The notes under the pieces are model-generated. The model was not told the DNA's origin. It worked only from the letters and a program-made list of their open reading frames with translations, and ran no database searches. The position numbers and the translations under genes were made by a program. Of a stretch of DNA of 64,000 bases, positions 9,674 through 18,248 are shown one piece after another. The stretch is from an uncultured Rikenellaceae bacterium (GTDB lineage Bacteria; Bacteroidota; Bacteroidia; Bacteroidales; VadinHA17), in NCBI GenBank assembly GCA_964613785.1, contig CAZTJT010000001.1, positions 49,869-113,868 of the forward strand, written 5' to 3'. Position 1 is the stretch's first letter; the number at the start of each line of letters is the position of its first letter.

Positions 9674-10396
9674 TTATCTTATGAATTTACGGAGTTCCTG
9701 CCTTACATTTTTCCATCCTGGATAGACCTCTGTAAGGAGCTGGTAATAATTTTCGCTGTGATTATGGTGTACCAGGTGGCATAATTCATGGGCGATCACA
9801 TAGTCGGCATATATCCCTTTGAGTCTTATAAGATCATAGCTTATGGCTATTTTGCCTCTTGCTGAACAGCTTCCCCATCTTTTTTTCATGGTGCTTACGG
9901 AAAACCCTGTGGGAGAAAAACCAAATTTTCTATATTTATCCAATGCATCACTGAATTTTAAAGTGAGTTCATTCACTGCAATGATTCTGAACCATTTTTC
10001 AAGTATTGCCCTTATCAGGAGAGGATCATTGTTCCCGGTGTGTCCAATTTCGATGGTTTTTTCATTTTTTAGCCTGACGGAGTAGTGTTTTGACGGTATA
10101 AGTTTCAGCAAGTGTGGTTCGCCGAACAATAATAATTGATCACCATCTGAATAGCCATTCCTGTTGTCAATAGGTACAAGTTTTTTAAAACTGTTAAGGC
10201 ATACTGCTATCCATTCCGCTTTGTGGTTTACGAATCTCTCAATAGTTTTCAATGATGTTTCGTAAGGTGCTCTTACTATTACCCCTTCATACGGGGAAAC
10301 ATGAATTGACAGCGTTCTCCTTCGTGAATACATTACCCTGTATTCAATACCAGAGATCATTTTGAGAAGATATTCTTCAGTTATTATATTTCTCAC
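9674..10396 (-). CDS. YgjP-like M48/DUF45 metal-dependent hydrolase
   Basis: HELCHLVHHNHS zincin motif near the C-terminus. 240 aa. Confidence 0.75.
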   Translation of the reverse strand: MRNIITEEYLLKMISGIEYRVMYSRRRTLSIHVSPYEGVIVRAPYETSLKTIERFVNHKAEWIAVCLNSFKKLVPIDNRNGYSDGDQLLLFGEPHLLKLIPSKHYSVRLKNEKTIEIGHTGNNDPLLIRAILEKWFRIIAVNELTLKFSDALDKYRKFGFSPTGFSVSTMKKRWGSCSARGKIAISYDLIRLKGIYADYVIAHELCHLVHHNHSENYYQLLTEVYPGWKNVRQELRKFIR

Positions 10397-10399
10397 CGG

Positions 10400-12169
10400 T
10401 TACCTGCTATTCTGTAGTGCGGAGAGATAATAAACCAGGCAGGCAGTTCCATCCATGGTACACTCGTTGGTGGAGTAGTCGGCAAAATCATCATGGTAAA
10501 CGGCCATGCTAGTCTGGTTTTTTGCATACTCATCTTCATTTGCCAGGTAAATCTGTTCAAGTGATTTAAAAATTGATGAATAGACGGGTCCATCAACCAG
10601 TCCGCCGTTCACCTGTCCTCCTGCAGCAACATAAGATGAATGTGTATTTTCAGGATAATCGCCATGGGCAGGTAAACCAACGATCATGCTTGTACCCCAG
10701 GGATTGCATCCGAAAAGCCAGTCGCGGTGGGCAGCCTCAAGTTCAGCAAATGATTTGTCACCGCTTATCTTTTCATAAAGGCGGGCCTGCGTAAGTGTTG
10801 CAGCGACAAGGTTATTTGAGCACCAGATGAATGGGATTCCTATCCTGAAAGGATTTCCTTCTCCTTTTGTACGGATAAGTTCAAGTCCCTTTTTCATATT
10901 ATCAAGAAATTCCTGCCTCAAAGTTTCATCATTGCTGTATGATGCAATTCCCGGATGACCCATATTCATAAAAGGATACCACTGGTAGTGCCGTGCCGTG
11001 TCTGCACCCATCCAGGGAGTTGTCAACTCTTGCCTTCCGAAATTCGCAGCATGATCAAGATATTCCTTTTTTCCGGTTAACCTATATAGTTCAATTGCTG
11101 CAAGTTCCATGTCATCAACCCAGTTATCCTCTTCATAAAAATAGGGCGCTTTGCAGGGAGCAGTCTGGCAGGCTCCTGGATTTTCAAGGCCATACCTGAA
11201 TGCCGACTCAGCTTTCTCCAGCAGCTTTTTTGAAAACCCGGGATCTGCATTATTGTATACCATGGCGCCTCTGGCAAAGGCGGAAGCAAATTTACCGGCA
11301 GTTGAGGCGATACCGGTCGCCCTGTTCTGATATTTAAAAAGCCCCTGTGGCTTACCGGTACATCTATAAACCGGCCTCTCACGTCCCTTACCGTAACTGG
11401 CCGTATCTTTGTTGGGATATCTGAACCCAATATGATCCCTGTCGTCAGCGATCTGGTTATACATTACTCCCGGTGCAGGATTCATTTTTACCAGCCAGTC
11501 AAGCCCCCACTTGATCTCATTCAACACATCGGGAATACCATCTGACCCGGGCAATCCGTTGGCAAGATATTTGTCATCAAATGAACTCTGATTTTCCTCA
11601 AAAGCAAATAACATCTGATAGGTTGCATTTGCCGAGGTGGCAACATATTGAAGGTAATCGGCAGCATCGTGCCATCCTCCGGTTACATCTATATGTGCTG
11701 AATCGCCTTTAGGTCCGTAAATCTCATACCCGTCTTCCATATGGCACGAGTCTTTTATATACGGATTGAATCCACATCTTTGCTGACGCATATAGTTGAG
11801 AAGGAAGTCGGAGGTACCATTATAAACATCGTCGCCTATCCTGAAGTCGGCTGAAACAACCCTGCCGGCCCTGATCCTGTATGTTCCTTCCTTTTTCAAA
11901 TCGGTGAACGGAAGCCGGTAACAACTGCTGAAGGGTTCAAGTCGCTCCGGACAGAAGTCTCCCCTGATGTTCATCACTTCTTCACCGGTGGCGGCATCAA
12001 TAATACTGAATGATGAAAGCTTCATAGGCAGTGAACTTATCAGAACCGCAACTTTAATATCGTTAATTCTGTAACCTAATTGATTTATTCTTATCCATTT
12101 ATCCTGATCCTTGTTGCATGATAATACCAGGAACGATAACAGGATCATTGAAAGAAATTGTCGTTTCAT
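10400..12169 (-). CDS. glycoside hydrolase family 9 (endoglucanase-like) lipoprotein
   Basis: Signal/lipobox LVLSC, an N-terminal Ig-like region, and the GH9 signatures GGWHDAADYLQY and DYSTNECTMDG. Confidence 0.8.
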   Translation of the reverse strand: MKRQFLSMILLSFLVLSCNKDQDKWIRINQLGYRINDIKVAVLISSLPMKLSSFSIIDAATGEEVMNIRGDFCPERLEPFSSCYRLPFTDLKKEGTYRIRAGRVVSADFRIGDDVYNGTSDFLLNYMRQQRCGFNPYIKDSCHMEDGYEIYGPKGDSAHIDVTGGWHDAADYLQYVATSANATYQMLFAFEENQSSFDDKYLANGLPGSDGIPDVLNEIKWGLDWLVKMNPAPGVMYNQIADDRDHIGFRYPNKDTASYGKGRERPVYRCTGKPQGLFKYQNRATGIASTAGKFASAFARGAMVYNNADPGFSKKLLEKAESAFRYGLENPGACQTAPCKAPYFYEEDNWVDDMELAAIELYRLTGKKEYLDHAANFGRQELTTPWMGADTARHYQWYPFMNMGHPGIASYSNDETLRQEFLDNMKKGLELIRTKGEGNPFRIGIPFIWCSNNLVAATLTQARLYEKISGDKSFAELEAAHRDWLFGCNPWGTSMIVGLPAHGDYPENTHSSYVAAGGQVNGGLVDGPVYSSIFKSLEQIYLANEDEYAKNQTSMAVYHDDFADYSTNECTMDGTACLVYYLSALQNSR

Positions 12170-12214
12170 TGTAATGATCTTTTATTATTATGATGAAAGT
12201 GTAAGACTTAATTA

Positions 12215-12245
12215 ATGAGATTCCCGGCGAAGCAAGGAATCTCAT
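12215..12245 (-). terminator. 10-bp stem hairpin downstream of the metallophosphoesterase gene
   Basis: atgagattcc (12215-12224) pairs with ggaatctcat (12236-12245) around an 11-nt loop. There is no clear U-tract. Confidence 0.3.
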
Positions 12246-12440
12246 AATTGATTTCACAGTTTATCCGTTTTAAATTATATCCATGTAAATGTAATCTGAA
12301 AAAATTACTTTGCATTATATCCTTGAACAATTGATAAAAATTTATCTTGTTGGATTTAAATGCAGGGGATGTAATTAGCTGAATTGGAAAGTGTTTTATA
12401 AAAGGTATAAGGAATATAATATTTCTGTCATAGTGGTTGA

Positions 12441-13652
12441 TTATTCTGGATTTAGTTTAACGGTCACGATGTCGGGAGGCATCCCCAGTCTGAAAGGAAA
12501 TCCCAGCACTCCCAGTCCCCTGCTAACCACAAGAAACTGATCACCTTCCCTGTATAATCCGTTCCACCTTGGATAAAAGTACTGAGCCGGACTCCAGGCT
12601 ATTCTTTTTGTGACAATCCCAAACTGCATACCATGTGTGTGGCCCGAGAGGGTCAAGTTGATGTCTGTTTTTCCCACTACATCTTTTTCCCAGTGGTTTG
12701 GATCATGTGCAAGAAGGATCTTAAGGTCGGCGCTGTCGGTTCCCCGGATGGCTTTTGTGAGATCGCCTGATATTATATCAGGGAAACGGCCCTTTGTAAT
12801 AATACCGGTCAGACTAACTTTTGCTTTGCCTATTTCAATCAATATTGATTCATCATTAAGGACTTTGTATCCTGATGCTGATATCAGATTGTTCATCATA
12901 AGGATGTTGTTATCCCTGTCGGCATCGGAGTAATAAGGATGATAAGTGCCGAAGTCATGGTTACCTAAAACCGCAAAGCTTCCATAACTCCCTTTTACGC
13001 TCTTCAGAATTGTATCAAACCTGTCAAACTCACGCCATCCGATTGTAACAAAGTCACCTGTATTGATCAGCAGGTCGGGTTCCAGTTCGTTGATTTCCTT
13101 CATCAAACCGGCAAGCTTATCTGAATGGTGGAAAAAGGAGGACAGGTGAAGATCTGAAATGTGGACAATTTTCAATCCACAGAGGTCGGGATGCAATCCT
13201 TTGATATTAACTACAATCTCTTCTTTTCTGAAATTGAACCGTCCGAAAAAAGTACCTGCAAGTACCGCTAAGAATACTGTGGAAGCAATAATCAACCCTG
13301 CGTTTGTTAAATTTCTCCTGTGCCCCCCGGTATTCCGTTTGGAGATCACTCCCGAAAAGTGAAAGATAATCACAAATAGCCTTGGGATCACTATGGCAGC
13401 TATAACCCCGTTAATATTCATGATCATCCAGATGTTGACCGGTTCATCATATATACCGTTGTAGTTGGATGCCCTGAACAACAGAATCCACAGCCATATG
13501 CTTACGAGAAGATTAAATGTAACCAGAAAGTAGTATCTCATCCATGATCTGTCATAGAAGTGCTGCCTTATTACCAGCATTGTAAGAATTTCGATACACA
13601 ATAAGAGGATCAGGAACATCGGACGACAGGTTTTAAGTATAAAAATACTCAT
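12441..13652 (-). CDS. membrane-anchored metallophosphoesterase
   Basis: N-terminal TM segments followed by the HISDLH, GDFV, GNHD and GHTH calcineurin-like motifs. Confidence 0.75.
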   Translation of the reverse strand: MSIFILKTCRPMFLILLLCIEILTMLVIRQHFYDRSWMRYYFLVTFNLLVSIWLWILLFRASNYNGIYDEPVNIWMIMNINGVIAAIVIPRLFVIIFHFSGVISKRNTGGHRRNLTNAGLIIASTVFLAVLAGTFFGRFNFRKEEIVVNIKGLHPDLCGLKIVHISDLHLSSFFHHSDKLAGLMKEINELEPDLLINTGDFVTIGWREFDRFDTILKSVKGSYGSFAVLGNHDFGTYHPYYSDADRDNNILMMNNLISASGYKVLNDESILIEIGKAKVSLTGIITKGRFPDIISGDLTKAIRGTDSADLKILLAHDPNHWEKDVVGKTDINLTLSGHTHGMQFGIVTKRIAWSPAQYFYPRWNGLYREGDQFLVVSRGLGVLGFPFRLGMPPDIVTVKLNPE

Positions 13653-13699
13653 TATATTTTACCGGCATAATACTTACTTTTGGGTTCAAGTTGAAAAAT

Positions 13700-14134
13700 A
13701 TGACTGAAGTAAGGTTTTATGATCCCACATTTAATCCGAAAGAAGGTCTGACATATTCGGTAGTGGCATCGCGATATGGTGAAAAATGGCTGTTTGTACG
13801 CCATCATGACCGGACAACATGGGAGATGCCAGGAGGCCATATTGAAATGAATGAGACGCCCGATAATGCTGCACGCCGTGAGCTTATGGAAGAAACCGGC
13901 GCAACTGAATTTGAGATCGACTGTATCTCGACCTATTCTGTTACAATTGACGAATTGACAGGATATGGCAGACTTTATTTCGCCAGGGTTTTCAATCTGG
14001 GGCCGATACCTGACCTGTCGGAGATAAAAGAGATCAAAGTTGATGAGTTCAGAGCCGTGGAAAATACTTATCCGTTAATTCAGCCGCTTCTCTTTGAAAG
14101 AGTCTTGGCCTATCTTAAAGAGAAAAATGAATGA
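13700..14134 (+). CDS. NUDIX hydrolase
   Basis: Nudix box GGHIEMNETPDNAARRELMEETG. I prefer ATG 13700 over the TTG at 13691. Confidence 0.75.
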   Translation: MTEVRFYDPTFNPKEGLTYSVVASRYGEKWLFVRHHDRTTWEMPGGHIEMNETPDNAARRELMEETGATEFEIDCISTYSVTIDELTGYGRLYFARVFNLGPIPDLSEIKEIKVDEFRAVENTYPLIQPLLFERVLAYLKEKNE

Positions 14135-14145
14135 AGACGCTGAAG

Positions 14146-15330
14146 TCAGATATATTCAAAGCTGACTTTTTTAAGCCATTTTTCTTCAAGCAGCCTCGCA
14201 ATCCGTTTTATGACGGTTCTTCGTATCTCAAGCTCAACCGGCAGTGTGGGATCCTGATGAGCAATGTTTATTCTCGTTCCGATGATAAAATGAATTTCAT
14301 CGCTTTCCATTACGAGTCTTACAATTTTATCGGCAGGCCCCTTGCCAAGTCTTACACTGTTATTGTACGATTTGAGTATTTCATTTACCTTTTGCAGTGT
14401 AAGGATTCCTTCAGTTACAAGGTCGATACCATCTATGAAGCTTTCCGGTGGTAACTCAGGGTCTTCAAAGATCAGTTCATCGATTATTGCCTTGTTAAGC
14501 TCCCTGGCAACAATATCGGCGGTTGTTCCGCCGCACAATATTACTTTTCCAGGATAACTTTTCACTTTTTCCGCAAGGTCGCGGTCTTTTTCCTTATCAT
14601 AAGGCGGGCCTGAACAGATGAGCAATTTCCTGGGTTCGCGGAAATAGATAGTGGCACAACTTATATCGTCTTTGGCCTTATAGCTGTCGTTCTTATGCGC
14701 CATGGAAACTATTTTTCCTGAAAGGATTTTTGCTGATATTGAAGCTTCTCCTTTCACCAGTGATGATGCATAGGCTGCAACCTCGTCACGTCCCCACCCG
14801 AACGGGAAAGACTCGCTTCCCATACCACTCTGGGCAACACCATCGGAACAGAAAATGATCCTGTCTTCTTTTGCAGGGACAAAAGAACAGGTCTTTAGCA
14901 TTTTACCGGAATTTTTACCCTTGTTCAGAACCACTTGTTTCCATGACGGATCGAAGATCTGAGATCCTCTGAGGATTATTGTTAAAGGATTATCATATTC
15001 CAGGATATTGGTTTTACCGCTGCTTTCTATATCAACAATGGTGAAGGTGGAATAGCTTATCTTTCTTTCGCTGCAGACCGGAAGAGTATTCATTATTATT
15101 TCAGCGATAGTGTCGACCTCCTTGTGCTCGATAGTGAAATTCATGGCCATGGTTGCGGTAAGAGTTGCAAGGATATTTGCCTTTACTCCGTGTCCCATGC
15201 CGTCAGAAAGTACGGCTATAACCCTGTCTTCTTCCTTGATGTATCTGTAAAGAAACACATCGCCGCAAATCCGTTCACCATCGTGATTTCTTTGCTGACT
15301 GTTCACCTCTATGTAAAAATCCTTATACAA
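14146..15330 (-). CDS. SpoIIE/PP2C-family protein phosphatase with an uncharacterised C-terminal domain
   Basis: The N-terminal ~230 aa carry the ICGDVF...VLSDGMGHG...FCSDGV...DDIS PP2C pattern. The C-terminal ~160 aa are unassigned. The gene sits 18 nt downstream of hydS. Confidence 0.75.
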   Translation of the reverse strand: MYKDFYIEVNSQQRNHDGERICGDVFLYRYIKEEDRVIAVLSDGMGHGVKANILATLTATMAMNFTIEHKEVDTIAEIIMNTLPVCSERKISYSTFTIVDIESSGKTNILEYDNPLTIILRGSQIFDPSWKQVVLNKGKNSGKMLKTCSFVPAKEDRIIFCSDGVAQSGMGSESFPFGWGRDEVAAYASSLVKGEASISAKILSGKIVSMAHKNDSYKAKDDISCATIYFREPRKLLICSGPPYDKEKDRDLAEKVKSYPGKVILCGGTTADIVARELNKAIIDELIFEDPELPPESFIDGIDLVTEGILTLQKVNEILKSYNNSVRLGKGPADKIVRLVMESDEIHFIIGTRINIAHQDPTLPVELEIRRTVIKRIARLLEEKWLKKVSFEYI

Positions 15331-15348
15331 GTTATTGATGCAGGAAAA

Positions 15349-17220
15349 TTATCTTGTTACCCTTCTTTTCTTATATGACTCAATGATGGAATTAAGCATC
15401 TTCTCTGTTTCGGAGGCGCCTTCTCCAAGCAGGAATCCTATTTTCTGAACCATTTCAAGGTTCTTTTCGATCACCTCGCTGACTCTGTTTGTGACTTCTT
15501 CTCCCTGAACTTCAGGCGAGTACAGATCACGGATTATTGCACCGCAGATTTTATTTTTTCTGATGGGAAAGATTGAAATATTAAGCATATTGTCCTCAAA
15601 CCTAATGTCCTTGCTTACAACGGGTTCATCTTCCTTAAGAACAAAAGTGAACATATTGTAAACGTTGAACGGCATAAGAGTTTTAAGATCTGCGCCCACC
15701 AGTCCGGGAATAATATCAGCAATGGCTTTTGCATCCTCACCTATGATATTGATAAAGCTAAGGTTTGAATGAAGTATTTTAAGGTTGTTGTCGACTATCA
15801 CTACCCCTGTGGGTAATTTTTCAAGCATATTATGCATCATGTCGGACGCACTCTGTGCCATTTCTTTTTCTCTCATGGCCAGTTCTTCCGACTCTTTCAG
15901 CGCCTTCTTGGTCTCAGCGAGCTTTCTGTTAGTCTGCCTTAGTGTTTCAATATACTCCTGCTTGTTTCGGAGATTAAATGTATGACACATTTCCGGAACG
16001 GCAAGTCCCTTTGCGACAGTTGCTGCGAAATCACGGCACGATTGGTAACCACAGGCTCCACAATTGAGTTCTTCGTCGGGATTTTCCTTTCCTATAATCT
16101 TGAGAACCTCATTTATAGCTTCGGCAGGCGGATCTGGTATCCGCTGATCGTTGGGATTGAACGATCTTGTAAAATCGAGTTTTGACCATCTTTCCATGTC
16201 TTTTGACCATTGGGCCTTATTGAGGGAGCCAACTCTTTTTTCGGCATAAAGTCTTACCAGCGCTCTTCGTCTGAACCTCTCCGTATGGCGCTCCATCCCG
16301 GGTCCAAGCATGCACCCATGGCAGAAGAAAAGATTAAAATGATGATGAATGGTGTCAATGTATTTACCAAAATCATTAAGCGCTTCAAAAACCTCCTCCT
16401 TGCCTGCAGCAGTTATCACATTGCTTGTAAAAAAGTCGCGTTTGATGCCCCCAGCCTGCACTATTCCCGCAGGCAACGGGTATAATGCACCCCAGTTGCC
16501 ATAGGGAGGATCAAATTCAGACATCTTTACAGTTCTCTCCTGTATCCCAGATTCCTCAAACATCTGCCTCAGCTCAATGAAAGTCAATACTCCGTCGACA
16601 AGCTTTCCCTCCCTGTAAAGAAACGTTTCATCCTTATTGTCGATGCATGGACCTATAAATACTGCAGCGACATTTTCACCATAAAGTTCCTTAACTACCA
16701 TGGCTGTTGCAATCATTGGTGAAACAATAGGTGCAAGATTGGGTACCAGCTCGGGATGATATTTTTCAATCAGCTTAACTATCGAGGGACAGTTTGCTGT
16801 TATATAATACTTACCTTCAGCCTTGTTGAAGAGACTGGCATATTCGGCTGCAATAAGATCGACCCCAAAGGAATCCTCGTGAACATAGTCAAATCCCAGA
16901 GCCCGGAGCATCCCCACAAACTTCCTGTAGTCGGTAATGTCAACGAATTCTGGTGCAATACTGGGGGCAACCAGTGCCACGGTCTTTCTTTCCGAAGAAA
17001 GCAGGCGCCTGACCTCCTCTTTTGAATCGCGGAACTCTATTGCTCTTGGAGAACACTCGATGAAGCAAAGGCCGCATCCTATGCACCTGTTTTCAATAAT
17101 TGTCGGGTGTTCTTTCTGTGCTCTCACTTCGATCGCATTGACCGGACAAACCCTTACACACGAATAGGTATTCCTGCATTTCTGCTCATTAATGAGAAAG
17201 ATTGGTTTTTTGTCGCTCAT
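15349..17220 (-). CDS. hydS: sensory [FeFe]-hydrogenase-like protein with C-terminal PAS domain (HydS, phosphatase-linked type)
   Basis: N-terminal ferredoxin-like Cys motifs. Degenerate H-cluster motifs: L1 ITANCPSI, L2 IGPCIDNKDE, L3 FFCHGCMLGPG. An extra CGACGYQSCRDF...C four-Cys motif, a coiled coil, then a PAS-like domain. Confidence 0.8.
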   Translation of the reverse strand: MSDKKPIFLINEQKCRNTYSCVRVCPVNAIEVRAQKEHPTIIENRCIGCGLCFIECSPRAIEFRDSKEEVRRLLSSERKTVALVAPSIAPEFVDITDYRKFVGMLRALGFDYVHEDSFGVDLIAAEYASLFNKAEGKYYITANCPSIVKLIEKYHPELVPNLAPIVSPMIATAMVVKELYGENVAAVFIGPCIDNKDETFLYREGKLVDGVLTFIELRQMFEESGIQERTVKMSEFDPPYGNWGALYPLPAGIVQAGGIKRDFFTSNVITAAGKEEVFEALNDFGKYIDTIHHHFNLFFCHGCMLGPGMERHTERFRRRALVRLYAEKRVGSLNKAQWSKDMERWSKLDFTRSFNPNDQRIPDPPAEAINEVLKIIGKENPDEELNCGACGYQSCRDFAATVAKGLAVPEMCHTFNLRNKQEYIETLRQTNRKLAETKKALKESEELAMREKEMAQSASDMMHNMLEKLPTGVVIVDNNLKILHSNLSFINIIGEDAKAIADIIPGLVGADLKTLMPFNVYNMFTFVLKEDEPVVSKDIRFEDNMLNISIFPIRKNKICGAIIRDLYSPEVQGEEVTNRVSEVIEKNLEMVQKIGFLLGEGASETEKMLNSIIESYKKRRVTR

Positions 17221-17238
17221 TTGGATTGAATGGCTTTG

Positions 17239-17493
17239 CTATTTTAAGTTTCCAAATTCATTTTCAAGTATTTCCTCAATTTTTGATAAAGTTACTCCCT
17301 GGATGATCCTGTCATTTATCTTAAGGTTCGGTCCGCTGTTGCATAAACCCATGCAACGGGATCCCTTAAAGATTATCAGATCATCAAGGTGGTTTTTTTT
17401 CAGATAATCCCTTATAAACATAACAACTTCCCTGTTCCCCCTGGAAAAGCAGGAACTGCCCAAACATATCTGCATCTCAATTCTTTGAGCCAT
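17239..17493 (-). CDS. thioredoxin-like [2Fe-2S] ferredoxin
   Basis: 84 aa with CLGSSC ... CMGLC (CX4C...CX3C). Confidence 0.7.
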   Translation of the reverse strand: MAQRIEMQICLGSSCFSRGNREVVMFIRDYLKKNHLDDLIIFKGSRCMGLCNSGPNLKINDRIIQGVTLSKIEEILENEFGNLK

Positions 17494-17518
17494 TTTTATT
17501 ACGTTTCCAATTCAATTC

Positions 17519-17526
17519 CAAAAGTA
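17519..17526 (-). promoter_or_regulatory. candidate Bacteroidota -7 box (TACTTTTG) for the ferredoxin-hydS-PP2C operon
   Basis: The plus strand reads caaaagta, which is TAnnTTTG on the minus strand. It lies 26-33 nt upstream of the ATG at 17493. Confidence 0.3.
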
Positions 17527-17702
17527 ATAATAATTCCTTTCTGGCAGGCAAAGGATAAATGGCCCCGCACTTCCAGTAATAATCCATAACCTTATCTTTA
17601 AGTTGATCTTATATATAATTAATATACAAATTGATGCAAAACAAGCAAAAACTCAGCCTTAGTTGAATCAAAGCATTTAAAAAATTCTCAAAGCAAATTT
17701 AA

Positions 17703-17737
17703 TTGTTATTTAATAAACATTGTTATTTTATTAACAA
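17703..17737. promoter_or_regulatory. tandem candidate Rex operators in the divergent hydrogenase promoter region
   Basis: 17720-17737 reads TTGTTAT-TTTA-TTAACAA, 1 mismatch from TTGTTAAnnnnTTAACAA. The abutting 17703-17720 site reads TTGTTAT-TTAA-TAAACAT and is weaker (3 mismatches). Confidence 0.5.
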
Positions 17738-17745
17738 TAAATTTT

Positions 17746-17753
17746 TATATTTG
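17746..17753 (+). promoter_or_regulatory. candidate -7 box (TATATTTG) for hydCBA
   Basis: Matches TAnnTTTG 25 nt upstream of the hydC ATG. The Rex site sits where the -33 element would be. Confidence 0.35.
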
Positions 17754-17777
17754 TAATTATGTTTTTAAAATAAAGAC

Positions 17778-18248
17778 ATGACTGAAGATATTGACAATAT
17801 AGTGAAAAAATATAAGCAGGGAAGGCGCGAAGAGCTTATTCCTCTTTTACAGGAGATTCAGCAAGATCTGGGATATCTTCCTGAGGAGGCTATAATCAGG
17901 GTCGGAAGTCATCTTGGATTGAGTACAACAAAAATTTACGGACTAGCAACATTTTATGACCAGTTCAGGTTCATACCTTCTGGAAAGGTCCATATAAGTA
18001 TATGTCACGGAACATCCTGTTTTATGAACGGCTCCCAGGCAATAATAGATAAGTTCTGTGAAGAGCTTAAGATGTCTCCCGGCCAGACCTCGAGGAATGG
18101 AAACTTCAGCTTTGACATAGTTTCGTGCATGGGAGGCTGCTACCATGGTCCTGTAATTACGGTGAACGGTGAATACAGGATACACGTCCGCCAGGAGCAG
18201 ATACCTGAACTTATACGGAAACTCAGATACATAATAGAAAATGACTAG
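17778..18248 (+). CDS. hydC: NuoE-like [2Fe-2S] subunit of a bifurcating-type [FeFe] hydrogenase
   Basis: 156 aa. CHGTSC ... CMGGC NuoE/HydC cysteine pattern. Its stop abuts the hydB start. Confidence 0.85.
   Translation: MTEDIDNIVKKYKQGRREELIPLLQEIQQDLGYLPEEAIIRVGSHLGLSTTKIYGLATFYDQFRFIPSGKVHISICHGTSCFMNGSQAIIDKFCEELKMSPGQTSRNGNFSFDIVSCMGGCYHGPVITVNGEYRIHVRQEQIPELIRKLRYIIEND

Noticed and set aside
14131-14454. 107-aa plus-strand ORF overlapping the 3' part of the PP2C gene
   Set aside because: It overlaps a well-supported minus-strand CDS, has no recognisable motif, and starts inside the NUDIX gene stop region.
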